Shown here: in pieces, positions 1 to 11,199 of the stretch
How positions within the stretch are numbered: position 1 is the stretch's first letter
Layout: each line of letters begins with the position of its first letter
From: Selaginella moellendorffii
Lineage: Eukaryota > Plantae > Lycopodiophyta
NCBI RefSeq assembly: GCF_000143415.4
Contig: NW_003314278.1
Coordinates: 2,058,362-2,122,361, forward strand
Direction of reading: 5' to 3'
Length of the DNA stretch: 64,000 bases
The notes under the pieces: generated by a model
Seen by the model: only the letters and a program-made list of their open reading frames with translations
What the model was told of the DNA's origin: nothing
Database searches by the model: none
Program-made: the position numbers and the translations under genes

Positions 1-978
1 TAGCATAAGGAAGTTGGATATACCCTTACGGGGGATAAGTTGCTTGTGTTGCGATATAATAAGTCAATGTCATAAAAGGAAATACTCATTGTCAAGAAAG
101 CCATCATTGGGACACCCGAACACTCTAGAACACCAGAAGGTGGTGTTTGATATCGCGAGGGCAATGGATAAAGCCCAAGGGACTAAGTCCCTAGCGAATG
201 ATGGATAGAAGGTGCTATCCAAATGTCCAAGGTTGCGGAGACAGGAGAGGACTGTCTACCCGAGTTGGACAAAGCCAAAAATGGAATTTTGGCAAGGCTA
301 GTGATGGGCATGTAAAGGCCCATAAGCAACAATGTAATCCCAGTGTGTGGGATTATAAGGTGAGCATACCCGGATTGAGGAACCACTCCCTAGGCTATTG
401 GGTAGGTTCATCCCCAAGAATACTTGCTAAAGCGTGATAGAAAGTGCAAAGCTATCTTCTTGGTCTGGAGGAGAATGACCAAAGGAAAGGTGAGAAGCCA
501 AAAAGCAAGAAGTAAGGGGATAGAACCGAACCATAGGAATCAAAGGGCATAACCAAGGTTGGTTATGCCAGCTGGGAGTGGAGAATCAAGTGGGGGCTCG
601 AGGGTGTTGCCGCTAGCAACCGTGATGCCATGGAGAGTCTAAAATATGGAATTGTCCATGTTAGACTATGTGGCATTTTGAAGGCTTGCAAAAAGGGAGG
701 CCTTAGCAAGCTGAGGGACAGAGTTCCTTCAAGGTTCCCAAAGACGATTCTAGGTAGCTTAGTACCTAGAAAGGCCAAGTGTAAATGGTTCATGGAACGC
801 GCGAAATCAAAGTGGCGCAGCAGAGGCGTGGTCTTGAAGCTTGCCATGAGGCAAGGCTATCAAGGTTAGGGAAGTAGTTCCTGAGTGTTCAAAGAGAGGG
901 CTTTGAACGAAAGTCGATGGTCAAGGACTTTCACGCTTATGCAGGAACCATGTTACAGTGGTCGGAGGACTTGCCAAG
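1..978 (+). mobile_element. Family A non-autonomous LTR element, internal region (5' part lies outside the window)
   Basis: Colinear with the A internal regions at ~33400-34168 and ~41700-42660. It continues at 2747 after the LTR insertion (uninterrupted copies read ttgcc/taagcgaga). Confidence 0.9.
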
Positions 979-2746
979 TGTGAGACAAAAAATCCCTAGG
1001 CCCCAAAGTGGAGCCGGAAGGGCGCCACATGGTAGTGGCCGAAGCGAGAGCCAAACGAGCGTAACACGTTTGGACAAAAAGCTCCGACTTGAAAAGTCAA
1101 GAGCGGGAGTGGAACTCCCAACGAAGTGCTCGAGGAACGAGCACGAAGCGAGCAAAAGGCGAGGCTCCAAAAAGGGACCCAAAAGGACCAACACATGACA
1201 CGTGGGAGTGTCCGAGATGGAGTCCGAAGTGGAGTCCGAGGTGGACCCGAGTTGGAGTCCAAAGTGGAGTCCGAGATGGACCCGAGATGGACCCGAAATG
1301 GAGTCCGAGATGGAGTCCGAGATGGACCCGAGATGGAGTCCAAGATGGAGTCCGAGATGGAGTCCGAGATGGACTCGAGATGGAGTCCGAGATGGAGTCT
1401 GAGATGGAGTCCGAGATGGACCCGAGATGGAGTCCGAGATGGAGTCCGAGATGGACCCGAGATGGACCCGAAATGGAGTTCAAGATGGACCCGAAATGGA
1501 GTCCGAGATGGAGTCCGAGATGGACCCGAGATGGAGTTCGAGATGGACCCGAGATGGACCCGAGATGGAGTCCGAGATGGAGTCCGAAGTCGAGACCGAG
1601 ACCGGGACAGAGACCGAGACCGAGACCGAGATCGGGATCGGGACCGAGACCGAGACCGAGGCCGAGGCCGAGACCGAGCCCGAGCCCGAGTTCGAGTCCG
1701 AATCCGAATCCGAGTCCGAGTCCGAGTCCGAGTCCGAGTCCGGAGCTTGAGAGGGTGAAAGCCCAAAGCGTTTGTCTCCCAGACCCTAGGGGGTTTGGTG
1801 AGCTCCAAAAGTATAGTAGGGGGAGGACTGCAGTGGAGCCAGTTTGGCCAGGAAAGGCCAGTTTGGCCCAGGAAGGCCAGACCCAGTGTTGGGTGATGAA
1901 CTGACCACTGGGAAGTCCAAGACTAGAGTGAATACGGACCGACAAGCGGGGTAGCTTGGTGAAGTGTTCAAGAGCCGGCTCTAGTTCCCCCGGGAGATCG
2001 ACTGGCCGATGCTCCCAGTCCAAGTGTGGGTGGCACTACCTACATGGATACCAGGCGTGGCTCAACGGAACCTCGCTCTAAGCCCATGGCTAGAGCACCT
2101 AAAGGCGATAGGTGGGGAGAGTACCTAGGTGGCTCGCGTAAGGCCACGGTGTTCCGAAATGTCGTCCCAAAGGCCCAGACTGTGGAAAGGAAGAGGAGCA
2201 GTCCTCTGGGGTAGTGACCAAGGACACAGTCGTGTGGTGAGGAAGTCCCAGAGGACCGTGGGACTTAGTGGTCGGGCCTGTGGGCCTCGATCCAGTGGCA
2301 GTGTTGGCAAACATGGCCAGGGGCAGAAAGGGACTTGGTAGGAACTGACAAAGGGACTTTGGGGAAGGCGATTCCCCAGGTCTGTGGGCATCCTAAGGAT
2401 GCTAAGGAGTGGATCTAGGATGACCCCTCGTAGACAGATGGCCCAGTCTTGGAGAGACGGGATGGTGATGCAAGTGGTATTGGACCATTTGCGCAGCAAA
2501 GGTGAATGGGCATGGCCTTAGCGTAACGGGCCGAGATGTCAGTGGTACCTTTGGGTGTCGGTCATGGGATCGGACACGTGGAGCACTTGGACCAAGTGCA
2601 AAGGTTGAGTGGCATGGATGCCACTCTCGGGGCTAGCAAGCCCCAAGTCCTGAATGGGACTTATGGAGGTTGTGAATGAGACTCCTCCAAGTGGTCGGAG
2701 GTGTGGTTAAGTGACTAAAGTAGAATGGAAAAATTAGTCGCTTACA
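979..2746 (+). mobile_element. Family A LTR inserted into an A internal region
   Basis: TGTGAGAC...GTCGCTTACA termini, flanked by CCAAG at 974-978 and 2747-2751. No PBS follows. Confidence 0.92.
1217..1741 (+). repeat. LTR-internal minisatellite: (GAGATGGAGTCC/GAGATGGACCC)n then (GAGACC)n then (GAGTCC)n; present in every full A LTR
   Basis: Seen directly. Length varies between copies (e.g. 4750-5075, 22306-23025, 38862-39398). Confidence 0.95.
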
Positions 2747-4510
2747 CCAAGCGAGATTGGCACGTCAGGGGAAAAAATACCCTAGTTGAAGGTGATAACT
2801 TCAAAAAGGGTGGGCCATGGGGCCGAGCATGGAGGAGTCCATGCATGATCACAGACATGTCAAGTGAGAGGACTTGGCAGTGTGGAGGAACTAGGTTCCT
2901 AAGCTGTGATCTGTAGCGTGCTTTAAAAATAAGTTGGTGCACCGGCGTGGGGAGTCACGCCAAGCATCTTGTGTGATGCCGTCCGTAGATGCATATACGG
3001 AGGTTGGGTTCGAGTCCCGACCCTCTAGTGCTTGGGTTCGAGTCCCAAAATCACTAGGGCGTGGTGATGGTTTGGAATATGAGGACACTCATATTTCGGT
3101 GGTCATGGACTCTCAGTGGGGAGACTGGTTTGGGCACACCGCCAAGCGAGGGATGCCTCGGAGTCGTGATGCACGGTTAGATTGCTTAGTGTGAAAGCTC
3201 AGCATATCTAACTTGAACACTTTGGTGCAAGTGGCACCAAGGTCGTGGTGAGTGAGATGGGGACACCTAATCGCAGTTGCTATGAACCCTTGGCCATAAG
3301 GGCTAGCTTGGGTGCACCGCCAAGTGTGGGGGATGCCCCCGGGGTTATAGTCAACAACTTGGAGGTCTAGAAAACCAAGTACCTCTTGGCAACTCTGTTA
3401 AGGTGCCAAGGTGAGATCACTAGGTGATCTTATGGCCAGATAAGGACAAGGTCCTTGGTTGGCTAAGGAATGAAGTTCCTGGTTCAAAATGTTGAAATTG
3501 AACTGTTTAAGGTGGTGTGGCTTGGTCGTGATGACCAAGTGGGAAGAGCACCTAAGGGAAACAAACTATGTCCGTGCGATGGCATAGTGAGTCCGAGGAA
3601 AGTAGTCTCTATAAAAGACCCATGGGAGGGTCACGAAGTTGGGCCGTGGATAGAGCCCATAGCAGAAGATGCTAAAGAGACGTACTAGGGGTGAACATCC
3701 TCCAGACTTGGCAAAGAAGTCTTTGCTATGGAACCGAAACAATACCTCAAGGAGGGAGGTAGAGATTCAATGTTGCTTGGTGCAACAATCAACGGATAGG
3801 AGCAAAAGATGAGTGGCCAAGATAGGGCCGTGGAATCCCTTGGAAGGAATCCAAGTGACAAAATTAAGTGAGGAACACTAATGTGTTGGACGCTAACAAG
3901 TTGCGGGAAAGAAAGTGTGTTTCCAAGGAGGGATTCCGAAATGCTCCGATTTGGCGAAAGTGGAAGCTCCAAGGGAGGGAGCGGTAAGGTAGCCAAATGA
4001 TAGGGCCATGAACAGCCCTAGCACAAAGTATGATAACTGGAACTTTGGCACGAAATAAAAGAGAGGATGATGGTGCCCTCGAGTAGAGCACTTCCTAGGA
4101 TGGGAAGTGGAGTTGCACAAAAGGTGCAAGGCAAGGTGTCGGAGACACCTAGGAAATTGACTCCAAGAAGTCAAAATTCAAAAGTTCCAAAGTGCAAAGG
4201 TTATATCGATGGAAATTGAGACTACTCGAGAAGGAGTAGTGGGATTGACTTAGAGAAAGGTCTCTAAGAGGTTTAGCGAGAACTAAACCAATAAAAGGAG
4301 GGAAGCATTACATGTGGTCCAATCAGTCTCTAAGTTGGAGAGACTACGCTCCTTAAAGGATGGACAAGGCATGGTGAGCCTTTGGTGTCAAACCATAGAC
4401 AAAGATTGGCTAGGTGCCAAGGATGGAAATGGTAACACGTGTGGGTGTTACTTTATGAAAGGGTTTACCGTTCGATGAGGACATCGAACTTCGTCTATGG
4501 GTGGTGGAGT
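2747..4510 (+). mobile_element. Family A internal region, 3' half, ending in the PPT
   Basis: Homologous to 6081-7901, 34165-35933 and 42656-46327. Ends ATGGGTGGTGGAGT immediately before the next LTR. Confidence 0.9.
4497..4510 (+). promoter_or_regulatory. Polypurine tract of family A (also before the LTRs at 7902, 35934, 38624 (variant), 46328)
   Basis: ATGGGTGGTGGAGT abuts the TG of the LTR and is identical to the family B PPT. Confidence 0.8.
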
Positions 4511-6080
4511 TGTGAGACACAAAATCCCTAGGCCCCAAAGTGGAGCCGGAAGGGCGCCACATGGTAGTGGCCGAAGCGAGAGCCAAACGAGCGTAACACG
4601 TTTGGACAAAAAGCTCCGACTTGAAAAGTCAAGAGCGGGAGTGGAACTCCCAACGAAGTGCTCGAGGAACGAGCACGAAGCGAGCAAAAGGCGAGGCTCC
4701 AAAAAGGGACCCAAAAGGACCAACACATGACACGTGGGAGTGTCCGAGATGGAGTCCGAAGTGGAGTCCGAGGTGGACCCGAGTTGGAGTCCGAGATGGA
4801 GTCCGAGATGGACCCGAGATGGACCCGAAATGGAGTCCGAGATGGAGTCCGAGATGGACCCGAGATGGAGTCCGAGATGGAGTCCGAGATGGACCCAAGA
4901 TGGACCCGAGATGGAGTCCGAGATGGAGTCCGAAGTCGAGACCGAGACCGGGACCGAGACCGAGACCGAGACCGAGATCGGGATCGGGACCGAGACCGAG
5001 ACCGAGCCCGAGCCCGAGCCCGAGCCCGAGTCCGAGTCCGAATCCAAATCTGAGTCCGAGTCCGAGTCCGAGTCCGGAGCCTGAGAGGGTGAAAGCCCAA
5101 AGCGTTTGTCTCCCAGACCCTGGGGGGTTTGGTGAGCTCCAAAAGTATAGTAGGGGGAGGACTGCAGTGGAGCCAGTTTGGCCAGGAAAGGCCAGTTTGG
5201 CCCAGGAAGGCTAGACCCAGTGTTGGGTGATGAACTGACCACTGGGAAGTCCAAGACTAGAGTGAATACGGACCGACAAGCGGGGTAGCTTGGTGAAGTG
5301 TTCAAGAGCCGACTCTAGTTCCCCCGGGAGATCGACTGGCCGATGCTCCCAGTCCAAGTGTGGGTGGCACTACCTACTTGGATACCAGGCGTGGCTCAAC
5401 GGAACCTCGCTCTAAGCCCATGGCTAGAGCACCTAAAGGCGATAGGTGGGGAGAGTACCCAAGTGGCTCGCGTAAGGCCACGGTGTTCCGAAATGTCGTC
5501 CCAAAGGCCCAGACTGTGGAAAGGAAGAGGAGCAGTCCTCTGGGGTAGTGACCAAGGACACAGTCGTGTGGTGAGGAAGTCCCAGAGGACCGTGGGACTT
5601 AGTGGTTGGGCCTGTGGGCCTCGATCCAGTGGCAGTGTTGGCAAACACGGCCAGGGGCAGAAAGGGACTTGGTAGGAATTGACAAAGGGACTTTGGGGAA
5701 GGCGATTCCCTAGGTCTGTGGGCATCCTAAGGATGCTAAGGAGTGGATCTAGGATGACCCCTCGTAGACAGATGGCCCAGTCTTGGAGAGACGGGATGGT
5801 GATGCAAGTGGTATTGGACCATTTGCGCAGCAAAGGTGAATGGGCATGGCCTTAGCGTAACGGGCCGAGATGTCAATGGTACCTTTGGGTGTTGGTCATG
5901 GGATCGGACACGTGGAGCACTTGGACCAAGTGCAAAGGTTGAGTGGCATGGATGCCATTCTCGGGGCTAGCAAGCCCCAAGTCCTGAATGGGACTTATGG
6001 AGGTTGTGAATGAGACTCCTCCAAGTGGTCGGAGGTGTGGTTAAGTGACTAAAGTAGAATGGAAAAATTAGTCGCTTACA
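4511..6080 (+). mobile_element. Family A LTR
   Basis: TG...CA termini. Nearly identical to 979-2746 apart from minisatellite length, and again followed by CCAAGCGAGA. Confidence 0.92.
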
Positions 6081-7901
6081 CCAAGCGAGATTGGCACGTC
6101 GGGGGAACAAATACCCTAGTTGAAGGTGATAACTTCAAAAAGGGTGGGCCATGGGGCCGAGCATGGAGGAGTCCATGCATGATCACAGACATGTCAAGTG
6201 AGAGGACTTGGTAGTGTGGAGGAACTAGGTTCCTAAGCTGTGATCTGTAGCGCGCTTTAAAAATAAGTTGGTGCACCGGCGTGGGGAGTCACGCCAAGCA
6301 TCTTGTATGATGCCGTCCGTAGATGCATATACGGAGGTTGGGTTTGAGTCCCGACCCTCTAGTGCTTGGGTTCGAGTCCCAAATCACTAGGTCGTGGTGA
6401 TGGTTTGGAATATGAGGACACTCATATTTTGGTGGTCATGGACTCTCAGTGGGGAGACTGGTTTGGGCACACCACTAAGCGAGGGATGCCTCGGAGTCGT
6501 GATGCACGGTTAGATTGCTTAGTGTGAAAGCTCGGCATATCTAACTTGAATGCTTTGGTGCAAGTGGCACCAAGGACGTGGTGAGTGAGATGGGGACACC
6601 TAATCTCAGTTGCTATGGACCCTTGGCCGGAAGGGCTGGCTTGGGCGCACCGCCAAGTGTGGGGGATGCCCCCGGGGTTGTAGTTAACAAGTTAAAGGTC
6701 TGGAAGACCTAGTACCTATTGGCAAACCTGTTAAGGTGCCGAGGTGAGATCACTAGGTGATCTTGTGGCTAAATAAGGACAAGGTCCTTGTTTGGGTTAA
6801 GGAATAAGGTTCCTAGTTCAAAGTGTTGATTTGAACTATTGATGATGGTGTGGCTTGGTCAAGGTGACCAAGTGGGAAAAGCACCTTAGGGAAATGAGCT
6901 ATGTCATTGCGATGGCATAGTGTGTCCAAGGAAAGTAGTCTCTAAAGAGACCCATGAGAGGGTCACAAAGTTGGGCTGAGGATAGAGCCCACAGCAGAAG
7001 ATGCTAAAAGAGACTTACTAGGGGTGAACACCCTAGTCTTGGCAAAGCAGAGCCTTTGCTATGGAATCAAAAGAATACCTCAAGGAGGGAGGTAGAGATT
7101 CGATGTTGCTTGGTGCAACAATTAACGGATAGGAGCAAAAGATGAGTGGCCAAGATAGGGCCGTGGAATCCCTGGGAAGGAATCCAAGTGACAAAGTTAG
7201 GCGAGGAACACTGATGTGTTGGACGCTAACAAATTGCGGGAAAGGAAGTGTGTTTCCAAGGATGGATTCCGAATTGCTCCGATTTGGCGAAAGTGGAAGC
7301 TCCAAGGGAGGGAGCGGTGAGGTAGCCAAATGATAGGGCGATGGACAACCCTAGCACAAAGTGTGATAAATGGAACTTAGTGCCCAAGGTGGCACGAAAT
7401 AGAAGAGAGGATGATGGTGCCCTCAAGTAATGAACTTTCTAGGATAGGGAAGTGGAGTTGCACAATCTGTGCAATGCAAGGTGTTGGAGACACCTAGGGA
7501 ATTGATTTCCAAAAGTCAAAAGAGTAAAAATTCCAAGGTGCAAACATTTAATAGATGGAAATTGAGACTACTCAAGAAGGAGTAGTGGGATTGACTTAGA
7601 GAAGGGTCTCTAAGAGGTTTAGCGAGAACTAAACCAATAAAAGGAGAGAACCACTACATGTGGTCCAATCAGTCTCTAAGTTGGAGAGGCTACCCTCCTT
7701 AGAGGAAAGGCAAGGCATGGTGAGCCTTGGGTGTCAAACCATTGAGGCATATGCAAAAGGCATGGTGAGCCTTCAATGTCAAACCATTGACAAATATTGG
7801 CTAGGTGCCAAGGATGGAAATGGTAACACATGCGAGTGTTACTTTACAAAATGGTTTACCGTTCGATGAGGACATCGAACTTCGTCTATGGGTGGTGGAG
7901 T
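6081..7901 (+). mobile_element. Family A internal region, 3' half (second tandem copy)
   Basis: Direct repeat of 2747-4510 with a small local duplication near 7710-7790. Ends in the PPT. Confidence 0.9.
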
Positions 7902-9592
7902 TGTGAGACACAAAATCCCTAGGCCCCAAAGTGGAGCCGGAAAGGGTGCCACGTGGTAGTGGCTGAAGCGAGAGCCAAACGAGCGTAACACGTTTGGACC
8001 AAAAGCTCCGACTTGAAAAGTCAAGAGCGGGAGTGGAACTCCCAAAGAAGTGCTCGAGGAACGAGCACGAAGCGAGCAAAAAGCGAGGCTCCAAAAACGG
8101 ACCCAAAAGGACCAACACATGACACATGGAAGTGTCCGAAATGGACTTGAGTTGGAGTCCGAAGTGGAGTCCGAGATGGACTCGAGTTGGAGTCCGAAGT
8201 GGAGTCCGAGATGGACCCGAGTTGGAGTCCAAAGTGGAGTCCGAGATGGACCCGAGTTGGAGTCCAAAGTGGAGTCCGAGATGAACTCGAGTTGGAGTCC
8301 GAAGTGGAGTCCGAGATGGACCCGAGTTGGAGTCCGAGGTGGACCCGAGATGGACCCGAAATGGAGTCCGAGATGGAGTCCGAGATGGACCCGAGATGGA
8401 GTCCGAGATGGACCCGAGATGGAGTCCGAGATGGAGTCCGAGATGGAGTCCGAAGTCGAGACCGAGACCGGGACCGAGACCGAGACCGAGACCGAGATCA
8501 GGACCAAGAACGAGACCGAGGCCGAGGCCGAGACCGAGCCCAAGCCCGAGTCCAAGTCCAAATCCGAGTCCGAGTCCGAGTCCGAGTTCGAGCCTGAGAG
8601 GGTGAAAGCCCAAAGCGTTCGTCTCCCAGACCCTGGGGGGTTTGGTGAGCTCCAAAAGTATAGTAGGGGGAGGACTGCAGTGGAGCCAGTTTGGCCAGGA
8701 AAGGCCAGTTTGGCCCAGGATGGCCGGACCCAGTGTTGGGTGATGAGCTGCCCACTGGGAAGTCCAAGACTAGAGTGAACACGGACCGACAAGCGGGGTA
8801 GCTTGGTGAAGTGTTCAAGAGCCGGCTCTAGTTCCCCCGGGAGATCGACTGGCCGATGCTCCCAGTCCAAGTGTGGGTGGCACTACCTACTTGGATACCT
8901 GGTGTGGCTCAACGGAACCCGCTCTAAGCCCATGGCTAGAGCACCCAAGGGCAGAAGGCGAGGAGAGTACCCAGGCGGCTCGCGTAAGGCCACGGTGTTC
9001 CGAAATGTTGTACCAAAGGCCCAGACTGTGAAAAGGAAGAGGAGCAGTCCTCTGGGGTAGTGACCAAGGACACAGTCGTGTGGTGAGGAAGTCCCAGAGG
9101 ACCGGGGGACTTAGTGGTCGGGCCTGTGGGTCTCGATCCAGTGGCAGTGTTGGCAAACACGGCCAGGGGCAGAAAGGGACTTAGTGGGGACTGACAGAGG
9201 GATATTGGGGAAGGCTATTCCCCTTGTCGGTGGGCATCCTAAGGATGCTAAGGAGTGGATCTGAGATGACCACTCACGAATGGTTTGCCTAGTCTTGGAG
9301 AGCCAAGACGGTGATGCAAGTGGTATTGGACTACCAGTGTGGCAAAGGTGATTAGGCATGGCCTTAGCGTAACGGGCTGCTATGTCGGTGGTACCTTTGA
9401 GTGTCGGTCATGGGATCAGACACGTGGAGCACTTGGACCAAGTGCAAATGTTGAGTGGCATGGATGCCATTCTCGGGGCTAGCAAGTCCCAAGTCCTGGA
9501 TTGGACTTATGGAGGTTGTGAATGAGACTCCTCCAAGTGGTCAGAGGTGTGGTTAAGTGACTAAAGTAGAATGGAAAATTTAGTCGCTTACA
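7902..9592 (+). mobile_element. Family A 3' LTR
   Basis: TGTGAGAC...GTCGCTTACA, preceded by the PPT and followed by unrelated sequence. Confidence 0.92.
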
Positions 9593-9833
9593 TAATTCTG
9601 ATAACTCAAAGTGTAACCTTGAGTTGCTAATATGCCTTACTCATGAGCCCAAGTGCAAACTCATGCAAACGGAATATCTCAATCCATCTAATAAACCCAA
9701 GCGCAAGCTTGCACAATATGGTATAAAAGGTAACCAAAATCCATACCCAAGGAACGAATGCAAAGTCTTAGCACCCAAACATGTACCCACTTGGATTATC
9801 TTTTTCATCTCTGAGTATGCAACTATAAGTGGC

Positions 9834-10470
9834 TATGGAGTCCAAGATGAAGTCCAAGATGGACCCGAGATGGACCCGAGATGGAGTTTGAGATGGACCC
9901 GAGATGAATTCTGAGATGGAGTTCAAAATGGACCCAAGATGGAGTACGAGATGGAGTCCGAGATGGAGTCTGAGATGGAGTCTAAGATAGACCCAAGATG
10001 GAGTCCGAGATGGAATCGAGATCGATATTGAGACCGAGACTGTAACCAAGACCGAGTTTGAGTTTGAAACCACCAATATGGCAAAGGTGAATGGGCATGG
10101 CCTTAGAGTAATAGGCTGATATGTCAGTGGTGCCTTTGGGTGTTAGCCATGGGATCGAATACATGGAGCATTTAGACCAAGTGTAAAGGTTGAGTGATAG
10201 GGATACCATTTTTGGGGCTAGCAAGCCCCAAGTCTAGAATAGGGATTTGAACTATTGATAATGGTATGGCTTGGTCAAGGTGACCAAGTGGAAAGGACAC
10301 TTAAAGGGAAATTAATTATGCCAATACTATGGTATAGTGAATCCAAGAAAGTAGCCTTTAGAAAAGACCCATGGGAGGGTTGCAAAGTTGGGCCATCAAT
10401 AGAGCCCGTAATAGAAAATGTTAAAAAGACTTACTAAGGGTGAGCACCCTCTGGTAAAATAGAGCCTTTT
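9834..10470 (+). mobile_element. Rearranged, decayed family A fragments
   Basis: A minisatellite piece, an LTR 3' piece (gggcatggccttag...gctagcaagcccc) and an internal piece (gacccatgggaggg) joined together. Confidence 0.75.
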
Positions 10471-10513
10471 GGTTCCATGGCAAATGCTCTATTCCAGAAT
10501 AAGGACTGAAAGT

Positions 10514-10556
10514 GAGGTCACTTAGCCCAGTACTATTCAACCCAAGGACATTTAAC
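10514..10556 (-). repeat. Degenerate 5S rRNA core-like sequence (Cassandra-TRIM-like remnant)
   Basis: gaggtcacttagcccagtactattcaacccaaggacatttaac resembles the reverse complement of the plant 5S core GTTAAGCGTGCTTGGGCGAGAGTAGTACTAGGATGGGTGACCTC. The flank is shared with 14781-14862. Confidence 0.5.
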
Positions 10557-10743
10557 CCTAAATATCCCAAGACTCTTAATTGATTGGAAAAAAGGGTGCA
10601 CTCTTATTCATAGGCCATTTCCCTTTATATTTGAAATTTATAGATTTTTTCTCAAGTTGTTCTCTTTGGTTGCTTACAGTAACAAAATTAGTTGCCCAAT
10701 CTCATTGGATAGTACTCATTGAGACGTATTCTTTGATACCAAA

Positions 10744-11180
10744 TGTAGCGCACGTGGTTTTCACCCTTTATCCTATGGTGATTTACCATAGGATAATCAT
10801 AAAGTGGAACCTAAACCCTCCATATGCTATGTGTCATATGCCATGCCACATGGTGCGGAACCTGAGTTTCAGAACCTTAGGCCACTGAACGAAAGAATGG
10901 AGGCAAACTCCTAAGCATGGAGCCAAGGAGCAAAGGCACTAGAGCATGGAATAACCCCCAAGCGTATAGTCCAAAGAGCAAAATGACAAGAGTATGGAGT
11001 GATTTAGAATAGTTCTAGAGCATCTAACATCCTAATGTTAGGACCAGCACGCAATATAGAGCTAAATGGAGTTTGGCGTTATTTTAGCATATTGGTAGTC
11101 TAATGCAAGGATATGGGTACTCCACCAGCTAGCATAATGTGGAACTTGGGCTTAGACTTAAGCCAAATGCAGAACAAGGA
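10744..11180 (-). mobile_element. Family C LTR 3' end followed by a PBS (TGGTATCA at ~10734-10741)
   Basis: Inverted homologue of 14310-14742. The minus strand ends GCTACA-tt-TGGTATCA. Confidence 0.7.
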
Positions 11181-11199
11181 ACTCAAACTTGCCACTCAA

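Noticed and set aside
1217-1741. CRISPR-like regular repeats
   Set aside because: There are no unique spacers; this is a simple tandem minisatellite in a eukaryotic LTR.
1881-1918. Possible hammerhead ribozyme (retrozyme) in the A LTR: a CCCAGTG/CACTGGG stem around TGATGA
   Set aside because: The core reads GGTGATGA, not CTGATGA, and no correctly placed stem II-GAAA is present.
996-2023. Long RS/ES/GL/RP-repeat ORFs on both strands (also at 4.5k, 8k, 22k, 31k, 36k, 39k, 46k) resembling SR proteins or extensins
   Set aside because: They come from stop-free LTR minisatellites, open in several frames, with frames not conserved between copies.
3003-3048. tRNA gene call from GGTTCGAGTCC
   Set aside because: No convincing acceptor stem, D-arm/A-box or 7-nt anticodon loop, and the T-arm is duplicated. 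Kept only as a tRNA-like element.
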